This document shows, in pieces, positions 26,501-41,500 of a DNA stretch of 64,000 nt. The notes beneath the pieces were generated by a model. That model had not been told where the DNA came from. It saw only the letters and a program-made list of their open reading frames with translations, and made no database searches. This DNA comes from Guillardia theta CCMP2712. Lineage: Eukaryota; Protista; Cryptophyta. The DNA lies in the NCBI RefSeq assembly GCF_000315625.1, contig NW_005434615.1:316852-380851 (forward strand), read 5' to 3'. Every line of letters begins with the position of its first letter. Position 1 is the stretch's first letter. Both the position numbers and the translations under genes were made by a program.

Positions 26501-29500
26501 CTGAATACTCCCACTGGTGATCAACAACCTGTATGGAACTCTCGGTTGGGTGCAGGAGGCAGACGAGCTGCAGTCAGCCAGGGATGCTTTCGAGAAGGCG
26601 ATGTCGGAAAAGAGGACTGTATCATTGATCGAGTAGTTTGCTGTTGTTCCCATCAACCCAGCCAGTACCGGACACGCCTCGACCTGGATCAGGAATTGTT
26701 CGCTATGAGAAAATAACGAGTTACCACAACCATCTAGCAAGTAGACGGAAACAGCAGGGAAAACAGGAGCCCCGGCAACTAGCTCCGTTGGGAGGGGACG
26801 GACAAGCGCCATGTTGCTAAAGCTTCCTGCTTCCACGTAGAAGGGGTTCGATAAATAGACAACGTTGTTGACACTCAGTCTGAACAAGTACGAGATTCTA
26901 GCCGTGCTTACTTGAATGCAGTCAAAAGTCGCCAACCCTCTCACCCCGGGACTCAACAGCTCGCTCTGAAATTCTCTGCACTGAGCAGGAAGAGGGACGA
27001 TGTGGTCAGTTGTGTTCAAAGGCTCAATGCTGAGCTGAACTTGCAGGTCAGATTCTGGCAAGGAGACTGAAGGAACGCTCCCGCTAGCTACATCCATGGG
27101 GCATCGGCTGAAGGCGCAATCTATCCGATTGTCAAAGGCGTCACAGAGCTCGACAGTCAGCGGCTCGTTCTGATCCGACGCCCTCCACACCGTGGGCGCC
27201 TCGAAGATCTTCACGTGGTGGAATCCAGCTGGACTGATCCTGACTAGTGCGGTTGAGTCGGCTACCAGGGCCGGCTCTCCAGCTGATTTGACAGTAGAGA
27301 CTTGAAGGAGGTACTCCCCCGCGCTGTTGATGGCGAGGTCAGTGAAGGTGGCAGTGCCGTTGAAGTTGAAGGACAGGAGGGAGCCGGAGACGTCGAACGC
27401 CTCAGTCTTCATCCAGTCAGGCTTCCAGGTCCTCGTTATTTCCACCTTGAGCTGCTTCCTACTGACTTTGACGTTCTCACACACGCCCTCGTCGCACGCG
27501 ATCATCGCAATCTGCAGGTTGGGCGTAAGAACCAGCCCGGCCGTTTGATCTGTCGGCTTCTGAGAGACGCTGATCTGAGTCAGCGGAGGGCCGATGCGCA
27601 AGTTTATGGCGCCGTCCAGAATCTGTCCGAGGGAGGAGCTGGTGACGGAGAAGCTGAGAGCGAAGGGAGCCTGATAGTAAGGAGTACATGTTGTTGTCTT
27701 GGCTCCGATGTCCTTGAAATCTGCAAAGCCGTGGGAAGCGGCGGAGGTTGGGCTGCCAAAGAGCTCTGTGCAGGACACGAAACTCTTGGTGCATGTCACA
27801 GTGAGTCTGCTGTCTACTACCAATCTGTCCGATGAGTCGTAAAGGTAGATTCTTGGAAAGTAGAAGAACGGTTCGTTGTACCTCAAAGACACACCCATGG
27901 TCAGGAAATCATCAGTGGTGAAGCATTGACAGGAATAAGCATCCTGCAGACATTCCCGCGAGGGCATACACCACCTCAGCGCTAGCCTGGTCACTGGGGG
28001 TTTGGTAGCGATGGCTCCACTGTAATTGTTGAAAGTGCGGCTATTGTTCAAGTTCTCAACGGTGAAAGATGACAGGTTTTTGGAGCCTTGTGCGACGCAG
28101 ATGGAACAGTGAGTGAAGTTCACTGCACCCTTGACTGACCAGCTCACACACGGGGCGACGTTTGCAGCCAGCAGCTCAAAGACGAGAGAGAAGCGCATGG
28201 GTCCCCCTTGGCTGACTGTATTGTTGTTTGCATCAGCCAAGTTGAACAGGAACGGGATTGATTCACAGCTGACAAAGGAAGCCGCATCGTCCACTCTTAC
28301 GAGTTTTACAGGATCCCCAGGAACAACAACAAAGTCCTTCAACCGTGCTGAGATCTTCAAAGAGGTCGAGATGAGCAACTCATATCGCCCAGCAAGTGGG
28401 ATCGAGAAGTTTTGAAAGATCGCCTTATACCCAACGAACGGCGCCTGCACCTGCCCTTGCACGTAGGAGAAGTCCGCTGGTGGTCTCACGACATTCGAGG
28501 AAAGATTTGATGACAACACGCTCAGCGTTGCGATGCTACCGGCTGCTGGGGAGGAAGGGTTGCCGAAGACATCTAGAGTAGTCACTTCCAACAGGGCTGA
28601 CTGGGATGTAGCTTGCATGTACTTGACGCTACTCTCGCTGACATTGACCGTTGCCGGTGGCCGGGGCGAGACGACAAACTCATCCGAGAGGACGAAGGCG
28701 TTGGGTATCTTGGGGACATAGAACTTGATGCGGAACTTGCTGCCTGATGAGATTGAGTGAAACATCAAGTTTGTAAAAGTCGCTACACCCGACCGGGTGA
28801 GTTCAGCCGAGTTCCCCAGCAAGGGAATCGTGTTGGGGATCAACTCGACGGCGATCTCGTAGCCAGTCCCTCTAGTTATCAACGTCGTCTTATCATCAAA
28901 CGCCCCAACCTGGACGACTATCGGATCTCCGGCAACTATCGACGATTCCCATTTCACGATGGAGATGTTCTTGAGGAAAAGGTTCGGGTACAGGAGCGGG
29001 GTTGCTACCCAGGAGCAGGGAGCTGTGTTCTGAGCGCCGTCCCTCCTCGACTCGGGCGATATGGGATCGGCACAGTAGCAGAGGTTCTTGTTGCTGTAGC
29101 AGCATCCCGATGTGAAGTTGACGACGACCGGGTCGAAGGTAGTCCCACCGATGTGCATCCAGGTGAAAGACGCCACCCCCTCAACCGCTGGAGCAGTCAC
29201 AATGCACTTGTTGAGAGTGACCTGCGATAGGAGGTTGCACTGACTGGGGTGCACCGAAGAGTCGCCCACCGTCTGCCCGTACACGTATCCCTGGGGAGAC
29301 CCGATGGAGGCTGTGATGGTGTTGCAGCTACCGTCGTCGAACACAGTGAAACCTTGGGAGTCTACAAGACGGACGACAGGCTGAGACAGCAGGGGCAGGC
29401 CAGCGATGAAGGTCAACTCAGGGCTCTTGATGATCTGCAGCTTCCGGGCGACGGTTGACTTGACGATGACATTGGACGACCAGTAGAGCACACGTTGCTC

Positions 29501-32500
29501 GAAGACTCCGGTGATCTGCAGGAGGTAGATGCCAGGCTTGTAGCAGAAGAGCTGGCTGAAGATAGCATTGCCATTGGATGAGACCGTCTTCGAGGTGCCT
29601 TGGATGAAGTTGTTGGAAGCCACGCCATGGACAGGCGTCATGAGCATGCTTGAAAGATTCTTCGGACAGATCTTGTCGCCCTTAGGCAACCCGCACTCAT
29701 TCAGGATGTTCACATCCTTAGCACAGGCTTCATAGGAGCGGTAAAGCCCAGGAAACAAGAGGTCTGGGACTGCACTTCCGCAGCTCGCGCTGACGTAGCA
29801 CCACGATTGGCAGCAGTAGGAGGAAGACGAGCACTGGAACGGCGAGCCAGTGCAGTCAGAAGCTGAATGATCCCAGGGAAAGCACGTCCTACAAGTCAAG
29901 ATCAGCTCATCGTCGTTCAGCTAAGATTTCATCACCGTCCATACTGCATGTTGGAAATATTTGCTGTGATGGGAACAGCCGAGCCCAGGCATTGGCACTG
30001 CGACCCTAACAAAGTCCCTCCCTTGTTCTGATCAGGGATTTCCAGAAGAGAAGCTTGAAACTGTTCAACAACCATCACCAATTCAAATGCAACATCCCAT
30101 CATCACCGAGACAGCGTCTTGGGTGGCTTTGTTGCCAAGGGCATCGAAGATCTCAAAGGAGCAGGAGGTTGTGTCGCAGAGGGGGTATCCCGTTTCGACT
30201 ATCGGCAGCACTCGATTGATCGGCGACAGCTCTATGTACTTGGGTCCGCATGGCAACACCTGGAAGTTGGTTAACGGGGAGAAAAGTAAACCATGTGAAG
30301 AACCTCGAAGGTCTTTGAAGTGACGGAGACGTTGAAACCGACCACTGCAAAGAGCAGTGACACGTTGGTGCGGGCGGCGGTGAAGACTATCCCGTCGAAG
30401 ATGTACCGACTGTTTGAGTCCACCCTCAGCAAGTCGTTGTGGAGTATGAAAGGCGCCCCGCTGAACCGCTCAAAGGTCACTCGTCCCTCCACAAAAGTCA
30501 CACAACTATTTCACCTTGTGCACATTACAGAGCTGTTCCGCCCAGCACACGTCTGCTGCGGCAACCAGGTGCCTCCCAGTCCTACCGAGGTACACGGGCA
30601 GCCACAGATGATGCAGGCTGATGCCGTGACAGAGTGACGAACGTCGACTTGATTTCCGAACCTGAAGGGAAGTTGCGTAAGAACTAGCAGTCTCTTCCTC
30701 TCCTCCTCCTTCCCCGCCCCCCACCCCCCCTCCTCCTCAATTTCTCGCCTCCTTCTTACCTGTCGAGGAGGAGGAGTTTCGGGCTGACGCGCAAGGGTGC
30801 CCCCGCGATGGCTTGAGCGGATAGTGAAGACTCGAGGGCGATCTGGGAGACCACTCCCGGCCTGATGGCGATGGGAGGACAATCGAAGCTGAGCAGGGAC
30901 ATGTCGAACGGCGATCTGACGACGATGCGGATGTTGGATGCGGTGCTGCTGATTTCAGGGAGCTGAAGGTGATTTAGCACGACCTGGGGCAAAGAACAAG
31001 ACGATCAGTCAAGAGCCAGCAGGGAAATTTCGTTCACCATTCCATCTTGAAAGAAGGTCAAGTTATACGGGTAAATGGACGAGCAGTGCTGCGAAGGAAG
31101 GCAGTCTCCCGTCCTTTCAACGGTTGTCAAAACGACGGCTCGGAGCAAAATTCTCCCTCACCCAATCACGGGCCCATTGAAGGACACGACGAACAAGGAC
31201 GCTGGTCGGATGGGGCAGCCGCCGGCGGGCAGACAAACGCCTGTTGTGAAGGCTATCAGCCTCAGATGTAGAGAGAGGGGAAGGAAGACCGTCAGTGGTC
31301 GCATGCACTGTGACCTGACGTGCATGAGAGGTATCGACTACCGACCACACGCCTGTCACATTGAGAGGCTCCAGGGTCTGAGACGCGAAGTACGTGCCCG
31401 TGGGAGAGGGGCAACCAGTCACATTCTGGGAAAGAAACTTGTCAGAAAAGTGCGAGCAGGCAGCAGAAGTTCACCAGAAGGTTGTACGAGGTGCCATATA
31501 CATGGAAGGCCGTACTCGAGGCATACAAGCTCAGCCCAGCAGGAGAGATGAGGACGTGAGAAGACAACACGTAGCCGTATCCGACGTTGTCGATAGAAAA
31601 GTCCCAAATCATAAACTTTCCCTTCTCCATCCGAACTGACTTGGGGTAGTCGGTCGTATAGACCGTGCAAGCTTCCTTGGGCATACATGGTCGCGTAGCA
31701 GTCAAGGTCAGCACAAAGGTACTGTTTCTACATATCGGCACACTCTGGAGAATGAAACTGTTTGCAGCAGGGTTTGAATTCTGACACTCTACAGTATTCC
31801 CATACACATCCCGCAGCTCGACAGTGATTGGCCCATTTCTGCCATTCAAGACATAACCGATCGTTCCAGTTGCTGGTTGTGAAGCAAAGACTGTGAAATT
31901 GGGAGAACCATGAAGGATTGTGACATCGTAGGTGTGATTGTTCACCCTCTTGTTGGAGAACAGAAGAGTGTAAGTCCCAATCTTACTCAGCACGATCTGA
32001 TTGCTGAACGTCGCCAACCCCACGTTTGCCGAGCTCAAGTCTGCTGTGCTGTAAACTGTGGCTATGAACTGCGGGGTGACCGGCTGATTGTTGAACTGGA
32101 CGACCGAGACAGTCAGGGCGATCGATTCCTTTGCATACCCGAAACCATAGAAATCGCGGAACCGCAAGGAGGTCACAAAGGGAGTCCCAGCCATCATGTA
32201 CGACAACCAGTTCCCTTCCCTCTCCATCAGAGTCACGGGGCCGTTGAGCACGTCAAAGGCTGCGCTGTCTGCGGCGATGCAGGGGAACTCGCTGTTGCCG
32301 ACGCATGCCAAGGACGAGGTCGTGGCGTCTACCGAGCACAGGAAGAACCTCAACTTCAGCCCTTGCGCAGGAGACCCAACGAACGCTATCCCGTCGAACT
32401 CAGCTCCTGCACCTCCTACCGAGGTCCAGGCGTATTGACCCGTCACGTCCGCCTGCGTCTTGGCGTCGGTAGCAAGTCTCATCCTCACTTGGGACGCAGC

Positions 32501-35500
32501 TCCTTGGAACAGCCCCTGCACCAGCGAGAGGCACATGCTGACGTTGCCGAAGGCTTCTGCTGCTGACGAGTTGATGGTGACTAGCGGGTTGGGAGAGACG
32601 GGCTGGTCGAAGGTAGCAGTTGACGGCTGAGAGGCGATCTCTAGTATTCCAGATGCTGTGGGCTGGGTGGGTAAAGTCACTCGGACGAAACTCTTCCTCG
32701 AGCCCGATCCTTCCTGTATTGCTCTCCACTTGGCAGCAGATTTGACCTTCGACCCCAGACCTGTAGAAGCAGTGGAGCCTTCTCGTCTTTTCAAGGCAGG
32801 ATAACTGTGCTGAGCCTTTGGAGATCGGTCGGTAGACTCAACCAAGAGACTAGAGGAAGCCTGTGGTTGTTGAAACCCGCTGAATCTCTCGAGAAAGAGA
32901 GAAGCAGCTGCTGTTGTCTTGGACCGCAACGTAGAGGGATAAAACGTGAGAGGAGATGAGGCGAATGCGATCGGACCTGACTGAGACCCCACGTGAACAG
33001 ATCCTCGGAAGTAGATCATCCCGTCGTTGCACAGCGAAGTCTGAGGAGTGTTGATAGAGAAGATAAATGCGTCGTTGACCAAACTTGTGTTGTGACAGCC
33101 GTAGCCTGAAGGGCTTTCAGACATCGAGCCCGGGCAGCTTGTGACCGACTCGAGGCAGATGGTCGGGTTACTTGCCGGCTGTACTCTGTTGCTGAGAGCA
33201 TCTGAGAATTCGACAGCAGCAGTGAAGGTAGTGCCAGCTTGGATGAACGAGGGAGTGGTCAAGGTCACATTCGTTATGGGACCTGGAAGGATCAAGAAAG
33301 GGGACGTGGAGTTCGAAATGTCAACGCAGCCTCCGCTTGACTGGCTTGCACGCAAACTGGCTGAACAGACATCGGAGCTGGTGGGAGCCAGTACAGCGCT
33401 GCTCCCGCAGGAAGGGGAGCGGTAGTTGAACACCACTTGCGCGCCGGGAAGCAGCGTTTCGCTCTGCATCAACCTCATACTGAGCACATTGGAAGATGTC
33501 CTGGAGATGTTGATGGTTGTGATGCAGTTTGAACAACCAGAAGAGAATGCACCATTCATGTATTGAATCATGACCTGAACGTTCCCATCCGTCACATGGT
33601 TCCCAAACTCATCCCGAACGTCAATTGTGTACTGCACAACGGTCCCTGCGACGAACGAGTTTGACACAGGCTGCAACGGTTGGAAGTACAGCGTCTTGGC
33701 GTCAGCGTTGACTACTCGAACCTCGTTGGAGACTACAGGAACTTGATTCAGCGCAGCTCCCACCCACGGAAAGATGTCGATCGAGAATCTGTAGACCTTA
33801 CTGGTATTGATGGGAGCGCGGAACGGAACCTGGAAACGGCCAAGAGCGACGTTGGAAGCGCCGTGGCAGAGCTGGGGACTTGACGAGTTGCAGTCTAACG
33901 AGTACATGCACTTTAGGCACTCGCAGGAATCGCATCTTAGAGTCCATCGGACGGGGAAGTTGAGACTGAGGATCCTGTTGCCGTACCTGTCGGTCATAGT
34001 CACGCTCGGGAGCGGCTCGAAGAGGCTGTTGGCTGGAGCGTTCTGCTGTAAGACCTCGAAATGATAGGACGAGACTTCCGCCAGGCTCGCCACCTCGAAC
34101 GAGCTCGTCAACGAGGAAGCGTTCTCCTTGGCAACCAGGAATCTGTATGATGTCTGATTGTACCCCTGACAACCGAGTAGCTCGCAGCCCGTGGAGACAG
34201 AGACGTTAAAGAAAGCCTTTCCCTGTTGGTCGACCTTGCTGACCAAGGTTCCAGACAGAACCACCGGAAGCCGCGATACGATGCTGATCGTCACAAGCCC
34301 GTCGTTGAGAGCGTTTCCGTACTTATCGAAGACTTGAACAACGATCGTGATGTTGGAGCCGGCGACAACTCTCTGCGGGGGCTGGAGGAGGATGCGGATA
34401 GAGCAGCCTCCCGTCGAGAGGATACACGAGTTGTCGTTGGCAGGAGCGACCAGAAAGCTCGAGGTGACCAACTTGACGACACCAGAGATGGAGAACCGCA
34501 ATCGGAACTGCCCGGCTAGCAGGAATCTCAACTTGTCGAACGTTGCTATCCCGTTGATTGCAGTGACAGAGGTCTGTCCGTCGGGATTTATGACTGTCGT
34601 CATTGAGAATGCAACGACGGTGATGGGGATCGGGGCCCAGTTGTGTAGAGCCTGATCAGGCACAGCAAGCAATATGGCTGGCAGGACTTCACCAGCAGCG
34701 ACTTGCGTCAATGCGACGCTGGTCAACGAGAGATTGACGTCCATGACTCGGAAAGAGTTTGTCGTGCTTGACAAGACGTTGCAACTGATCACGCTAAGAC
34801 AGAACTTCAGATCTACCTGATCGTATGGAGAGGTGAAGTAGAGGCCTCTCAAAGTCGCTGATCCCAAATTCAGCTCCACAGCTGTTGCATTCTGCAGGTT
34901 CACTATCGGCGCTGCTCCCACCATGACCTTACTTTCAAGGTTGTAGATGATGTTGTTGTAGGCATCGGTAACTCTGACTACCAAGTCCGGGAGATACTGC
35001 AAGATGAAGATCGAGGCAGGCACTGAATCATGTGTTATGAAAGCTGGAGGGCCGGGTGATACTAGGAAGCCCTCGGTGCAGGAGGGGTTGAGAGAGAAGG
35101 AAACATGCGCCTGATAAAGCAGGAGCGATCTCAACCTGAAAGAAGAGCCTCCGTCCGAGCAGGCGCCGTCCACAGCATGAGTGAAGGAGATCGTGGCAGC
35201 AGCAGGAGACGCTCCTTCGACGCGCAGGTCGGTGAAGGCGGAAAGGCCGGAGTGGAGGGAGGCGACGTTGTTGCCGCCGAGTTGACCGGAGTGAGTTACT
35301 GAGAGGACAGTGACGAAACCGTTGAAGTCTCCCAGCAAGCGATTGCCATACGCATCGGAAGCGAAGAAGGTGAGACCTCCCAGCACATCCCCAGCAGTGA
35401 AGCAGCTTCTGTTCGAGCTGGAGGTGCAGCTCAGGGAGGAAGACTGCAAGATACGGTCGAGAAGGCCAGCTGTGACGGAGAAGGGGGTCGAGAAGACGGC

Positions 35501-38500
35501 GAGCGATGAGTTTGCTGGGGCGTCGTTGGGGTTGAATCCGAGCGTGTAAGCAGCGCCAGGGACGAGGACCGCGAGGTCTGTGAACGCCAGAGTTCCATCA
35601 TCCGCCGTTTGCATCACCTTGTTTCCTCTCAGCGTCGCCGCACATGCCAGGCCGCTGCCGCACAGGTGGCCGTGTTGGTACAAGTCGGCTCTGATGAGAG
35701 CTCCAGCAGCGGCATTGTCGAACGTGTCGAGGGCAACGAGTTTGGGCTGAACAGGAAGAGCAGGGAGGTCACTCCGCAATGTGATCGCTGCCGGCGGATT
35801 CTGCAGGACAAGGAGGCGGCTCGGGGGTCCGCTGACAACGTCGAACAGCTGGGAGGAGACAGGAGGCAGCAGGTCCGAGATCAGCTGGAGTCGGCAAGAC
35901 CGTGCGGCCACTAGGGCCTGGAGCCCTTGGAAGTTTGCCCTGCCCCCAAGAACATCGCTGGAGTTGAGTCTCACGAAGAACCTTGTTGCCTGTCCCAGCG
36001 TGAAGGAGCGGAAGCGAGGGCTGGGATCGCCTACGACTACCCTGACATCGGCTGGGGTGTCAAAGTCCTCAGTCACGTCGTTGCCGAAGAGATCCCTGAC
36101 CTGCAACACAACCTGGGGGAACACTTCTCCAGCGCGGAAGGACTGGGCGAGCGGCTGGCTCGCGATCGAGAGGGAAGCAGCAGAGGAGGGGCTGACTTGC
36201 ACTTCGAACAGGGTCGCCTGCAGAGATCCGATCGCAACTTTGACCTGAAACCTCCCTGATCTCCTCAACCAGATGCCATCAAAACGGATTTGACCGCTTC
36301 TGACCTGCTGGTCCTCCACGGCGATGGGACTTTCACCAGCAGCGCTGGCAGTAGGTACCAGGGAGAGCGAAGCTTTGTACCACAACTTGTAATATGCATC
36401 CTGAGACGTGGAGCGAGTCAAGTTCACGTACGCTCTCCTCGTCTGTCCTTCATACTTCCAGACCTCAACATGCTGTCCATAGCCGTTCCCTCCCTCCACG
36501 GTCAGTATCATCCCCTTGTAGTAATCATCCTCCTTCCTTGAGCCCTCAGCAAGAACTAGGAAGTTGGATCCTGCGCCAACTGCGCGTCCCTCCTCTACCC
36601 AAGATATGGAGTTCCTCCATCGATCCGTGACTGAGACTGTCAGGGCGGGCCCAACGGCCCCGGCTGTCACCTGCGGCGAGTACGCGGAGTTCAAGAGAGA
36701 AATTTGGAACGGGAGACCGATGGTGACTCGGAACATGTTGCTCCGAGTTGTGAGAGAGCTGGAAGAGGACAGCGATACAACAAACTCCAGCTGATACAGG
36801 TTCCCGGGTGCAGACACAGACAGGCTGGAGAAGCTCGCTCCTCCGTTGACCGTTGAGAGCGTGCATGGCGTTGTAAGGATACAGGAGAGAGGCTTCCGCT
36901 GCGTCACGTTCGTGATGAGGTAAACTGACACGTCCAGGGGGCTGGTCACGATGTTGTCATAAGTATCCTTGACTTGCACTGACGGGGCCGGCGAGAGGCT
37001 TTCATACATCCTGACCGTCTGCGGCTGCTGCACCACGACGAGCTTGGCCGGAGCAGAAGCAGCGACTGAGAACACTCCGCCCTTCAAAGAGGTCGTGAGG
37101 TAGCTGAACTGAAGGTACACGTTGGATGAGACCCTGGTGGGAACAAGGTTGTTGAACACTGCGTCCCGACCTACGACGTTCGCTCGGAAGGTGTTGAGGG
37201 TATCTGCAACTTCATTGTAGACAAACAGCGCCTGGACTGTTGTGGGGTGAAGATTAGACACGTTGATGCCGAGATCGAGATGAAGGTTGAGGGGAGCGAG
37301 GAGGTTTCCGTAGGTAAAGGTGCCTCCCGCGAGCTGCCCAGGGGATGAGAAAGTCAGGTGAACTTGGTCGTTGTGTACGACATTGATCAATCTCGATGTC
37401 ACATTGAGGTTCCCAACAGCGAAGAGCAAGTGGTAAGAACAGCCCATGGCATCTGTAGCGTGAACGAAGATGTCTGTGAACTGCGCAGTCCCAGATCCTG
37501 CCGATGTTTGTGCGAAGAACTCACAGTACTGAGAAGAGATGCAGGATGAAACCACAGTGGCTCGGACGGTCAGGACATCAAGAGTGTTGTTGAACCTGTC
37601 GGAAGGAAACACGATCGGCTGGTGGAAGAGCGGGGGAAACTGAAATTTCTTGTCAGGAGTGCAGGATATGCCCTCGTTGCACCCCTGGAGCTGCAGCTGG
37701 TCGGAAGGCTGTCGGAGGACGACGAGCCTGGCCAGGGGGCCCGGGGTGACAAGAAACAAGTTCGTGGCGGACATCAGCTGGGCAGCGGAGGAGCAAGTCG
37801 TGCAGATGAGGACGGCTGAGATGCGATATCGACCGCTGGAGGACAAGGAGAACGCGTAGGGGCTCGAGAGATTGACTGATCGCACGATGCTGCTGACGCT
37901 CTGCTCGACCCCGGAGACCTCTCGGAGTAGGCTGACGTTGACGCGCACGGCCGAGGCGTTGGAGAAGTCGCGCCACACGCAGGAAGCAGCTGGCAGGTTG
38001 AGGACGGGGCTGAAGACAAGAGAGTCTCCTGCCGTCAAGTCTGACAGGGGAGGCTCGTCGAAGAGCCGATAGTCACATGACGCTACCTGGGAGGTTGTGA
38101 CTGTGATCCGCACTTGCTGGTGGACCACCACGAACGACAAGTAGCCGAGCCCGGGCCGGCTGATGGCGATAGAACGGAACTGCACGACGTCTTGGGATTG
38201 TACGTAGCAGGCGGGCCCGGAGCACGCGATGGTCAGCTCCCCAGCTGCATCAGAGTACTTGACGGACTCTACGACCACTGACTTGGTGAACTTGTTGCCG
38301 TACACGTCGGTCAGCGCGAGCTCGGGCTGGACGGGCAAGGCAGCGGCAAACTTCCCACCAGCAGGTTGAACGAGCATTCGGACTGCCCCGAGGTCGCTGA
38401 CGAGGACAGAGAAAGTTGACTGCGCAACAAACACCCGGCTCGATGCCTCGCACAAGCACGACACCTGAAACTCTCCTGACCTGTTGACCTGCGCCTCCGT

Positions 38501-41500
38501 CCTTGAAGTTGCCGTAGACACGTTCAACTCGCTCTGGAAGGTTTGCAGAGGCGTCTGAGTCTCCTGCACCAGCTCCCCGAGCGTGACCCTGACGCTCCCT
38601 GTGACGTTGGGAGTTGGGTTACCATAGACGTCAGAGATCCTCACGACGATAAGGAAACGCTGTCCAGCAACCACACTTGTCGCATGCTCGACAAGGATTC
38701 GTCGAGGAGACCCGGGCGTTACAAGAAACATTCTGCTTTGAGACAGCAGCATGAGATTGTTCGACATGTAGGTGAAGGTTATGTTGTGCCATCCCGCCGT
38801 CGTCGGAGCGCGGAGGTTCGGGAAAAGAAAGTCTCCCAGTTGATTTTGGGCCTGCAAACAGTTGAGAAATTCTCCGTCGCAGCTGAAGCCTCCTGACAGA
38901 ATCTCAACGGAATTGCTGGAGAGGTTGCCAGCCGAGTTGCCGCTATGGAGCAGAGACGCGGACAGGACGGACCCGTTGACATCGAAAAGAAGACCTCCCA
39001 CTGTTGTGTTGGCTGGTTGTTTGTTGATGCGAATCTGTGAGATGTAGAGCAGGCTGAAGGCTCTCGAGAAAGTCGACCTTCCATTGATCTTGCACTCGAG
39101 GCTTACACTGACAGTAGCTGGGACCTGCGCTCCGACGTACCTAACCATCAGGTCGGGAAAGACAGCCAGGCCGTTGGAGGTGGTGGAGGCGTTCACGAGC
39201 CCAAGGAGCTGGAGCTGGGAAGTGCCTGCCTGAGAGGAGAGAGCGAGAGCGACTGCTCCTGCTTGTGTCAGGGAATTCCCAAAACGATCTGAAACCCTCA
39301 AGGCTAGCCCATCACAGCCTGCCGAACAGTCCGGCTGAATGAGGACTTTCTCAAACCGCAGAGGCTCCCCCAAGATACTCATGGTGGGTTGACTGAGGAA
39401 AGTTGCGCTGTAGCCTTCTGCGCTGGCAACCAAGAAGAAGTCAGAGGAACTTTGAAACAGAGTGCTGGAGAGAGTGAAACTGAATCTCAGGTTCTGCTTG
39501 CCGGTGTTGTTCACGGAAAGCTGTTGGACGACGACGTAGGTTGAGTCGACTGTGAATCTAACATTATTTGATATTGACGAGCAACTGCTCGCTGTATCAC
39601 AAGCTTGAATCTTAAGAATGGCTTGGGCGAGTGGAGGAATACAAATAGGGTTCAAGAATGCATCTAGCAGTTGAAAACTTGGCTGAACCGCAAAGGTCCT
39701 TCCAGCCTCATAGACGCTAGGAGGCAGGAAAACTCGCATGCTCTTTGGTCCGGCTGGTATCAGAGTCGCAGACGATGAGTTTGACAGGTGGAAAGTCTCC
39801 TCATTGATTCGCAGAGTTGAAAGTATCTGAAGTTGTTTGGTCACATTGCACGTGTATTGCAGCACGGCGTCATCGGGCCACAACCGATCGACGGAGATGC
39901 TGATGGATAAGGAATTACTTGACATGGCGGAGACATCCTGAGTCCCGTAGACTTGGGAGGTGCCGATAGACACCCTCAGCGAAGTCAAGGAGCTGTTTGA
40001 TCCGCTCAAAAGAATATAGTTGAGAAATTCATCGAAGACTTGGAAGGAGATATGAAGGGGTTGCGGCGAACCAGCCTGAATGACGACTGGCTCAACGGAC
40101 ATGATGGCGTTTGATACAGAGAGAGATGGGGTGACGATGACGTAATGAGAGAGCGTAGTCATGCTCAAATAACGAAAGGCTAAAGTGAAATTTCCTGCTC
40201 GAGTGATTGTGAGGTTTTCAAACTTGTACAACGAAGATGATCCTCCAGTTGCCCGAAGTGAAGTCGAGCAATGGCCAAGTAAGAACTTCTGAACTGCTGT
40301 GCACTGGTAGAGGAGAACGTCGGTGTTCGACACACTGACTGACATCGCAACATCAGTGGAAAGAAGATTGCCAAAGATGTCCTTCACCGCCATCTCTACA
40401 GTGAACAGTTCACCAGCCACCAAGGTTTGCGGGAACTCTTGCAAGAAGTCTATGGAGAATGGAACTGTCGGCAGAACGTAGAAAATTTTCGAAGGCAGGC
40501 TGTGGTTCTTCATTTCCAGACATTCCTCCACGTTGTACAGATTCGCTCGAACAACAAAGCTTCCCGACAAGTTCATGCTGAAATCGAAGCGGATGCCATA
40601 GGAGGTTTCTGTTCCGTTCACTTTCAGGAAGGGTACAGACAGCCCTGTTGTCGCATCGTATGCTCCCACGTCCAGCCACATCGCACTATCTGGTTTCCTG
40701 CAGATGGAACCAGCACAAGTCCAACCTTGATCAAGACTTGTGTCAAATTTGAGCACTTTCAGCTCAATACCCCCGGGGACCAGCTGCCCTGCTGTTCCAT
40801 TCTTGATGTCTGAAACAAACCTCAAGTTCCTGATAGGATTTGCGACGATGTCAAAGTTCGCCAAAGTCTCCAAGGTCTTGAGCCCCCCTGTGAATCGATG
40901 ACGCAGCAGCAACGTGTAGTAGCTGGTCATATTCAATATGATGTTCCTGACAACAATCTCTCCATTGGCCGCTGTGGAGAGCGGAAGCTGGCTGCTCAAC
41001 TGGGTAGGCATGCAGGGCTGAGTCGTCAGTTGAATCACAAAGTTTCCTTGTGCGATGCTAGCATTGCTCAGTGCAGAGCTCTTGTAGAAGACTGTCGCTG
41101 CATTCTGTGCCTGACTGAACCCCCTTGTTGTACTGCAAACCTCCACGAACGTCGTCTGGCTGAGCTCTTCAGGCGTGAAGCTGCATCGACCGCGAAGGCT
41201 TGAAATCACCCAAGAAAACGAACCGGAGCAGGTGACATTGGGTAGCGTGTCGCAGGAGTATAAGAAGAAAGTCCTCCCGTTGACTTGAGATGACTTCTTG
41301 TACGAGAGATAGCTCTCTCCTGTTTTCGTCTCCCTGATATACACTCCATCATAGTCGGAAAGGACGATCTTTTGTCCTGCAGAGTTGTATAGAGTAGAGA
41401 GACTGCCATCGATGGAAGAAACAATTGAGGATACATTCACATTGATCATGTCTCCAGAGCATGAAACTACCTCCATGCTCGTTGTTCCTCCGCTCACAGG

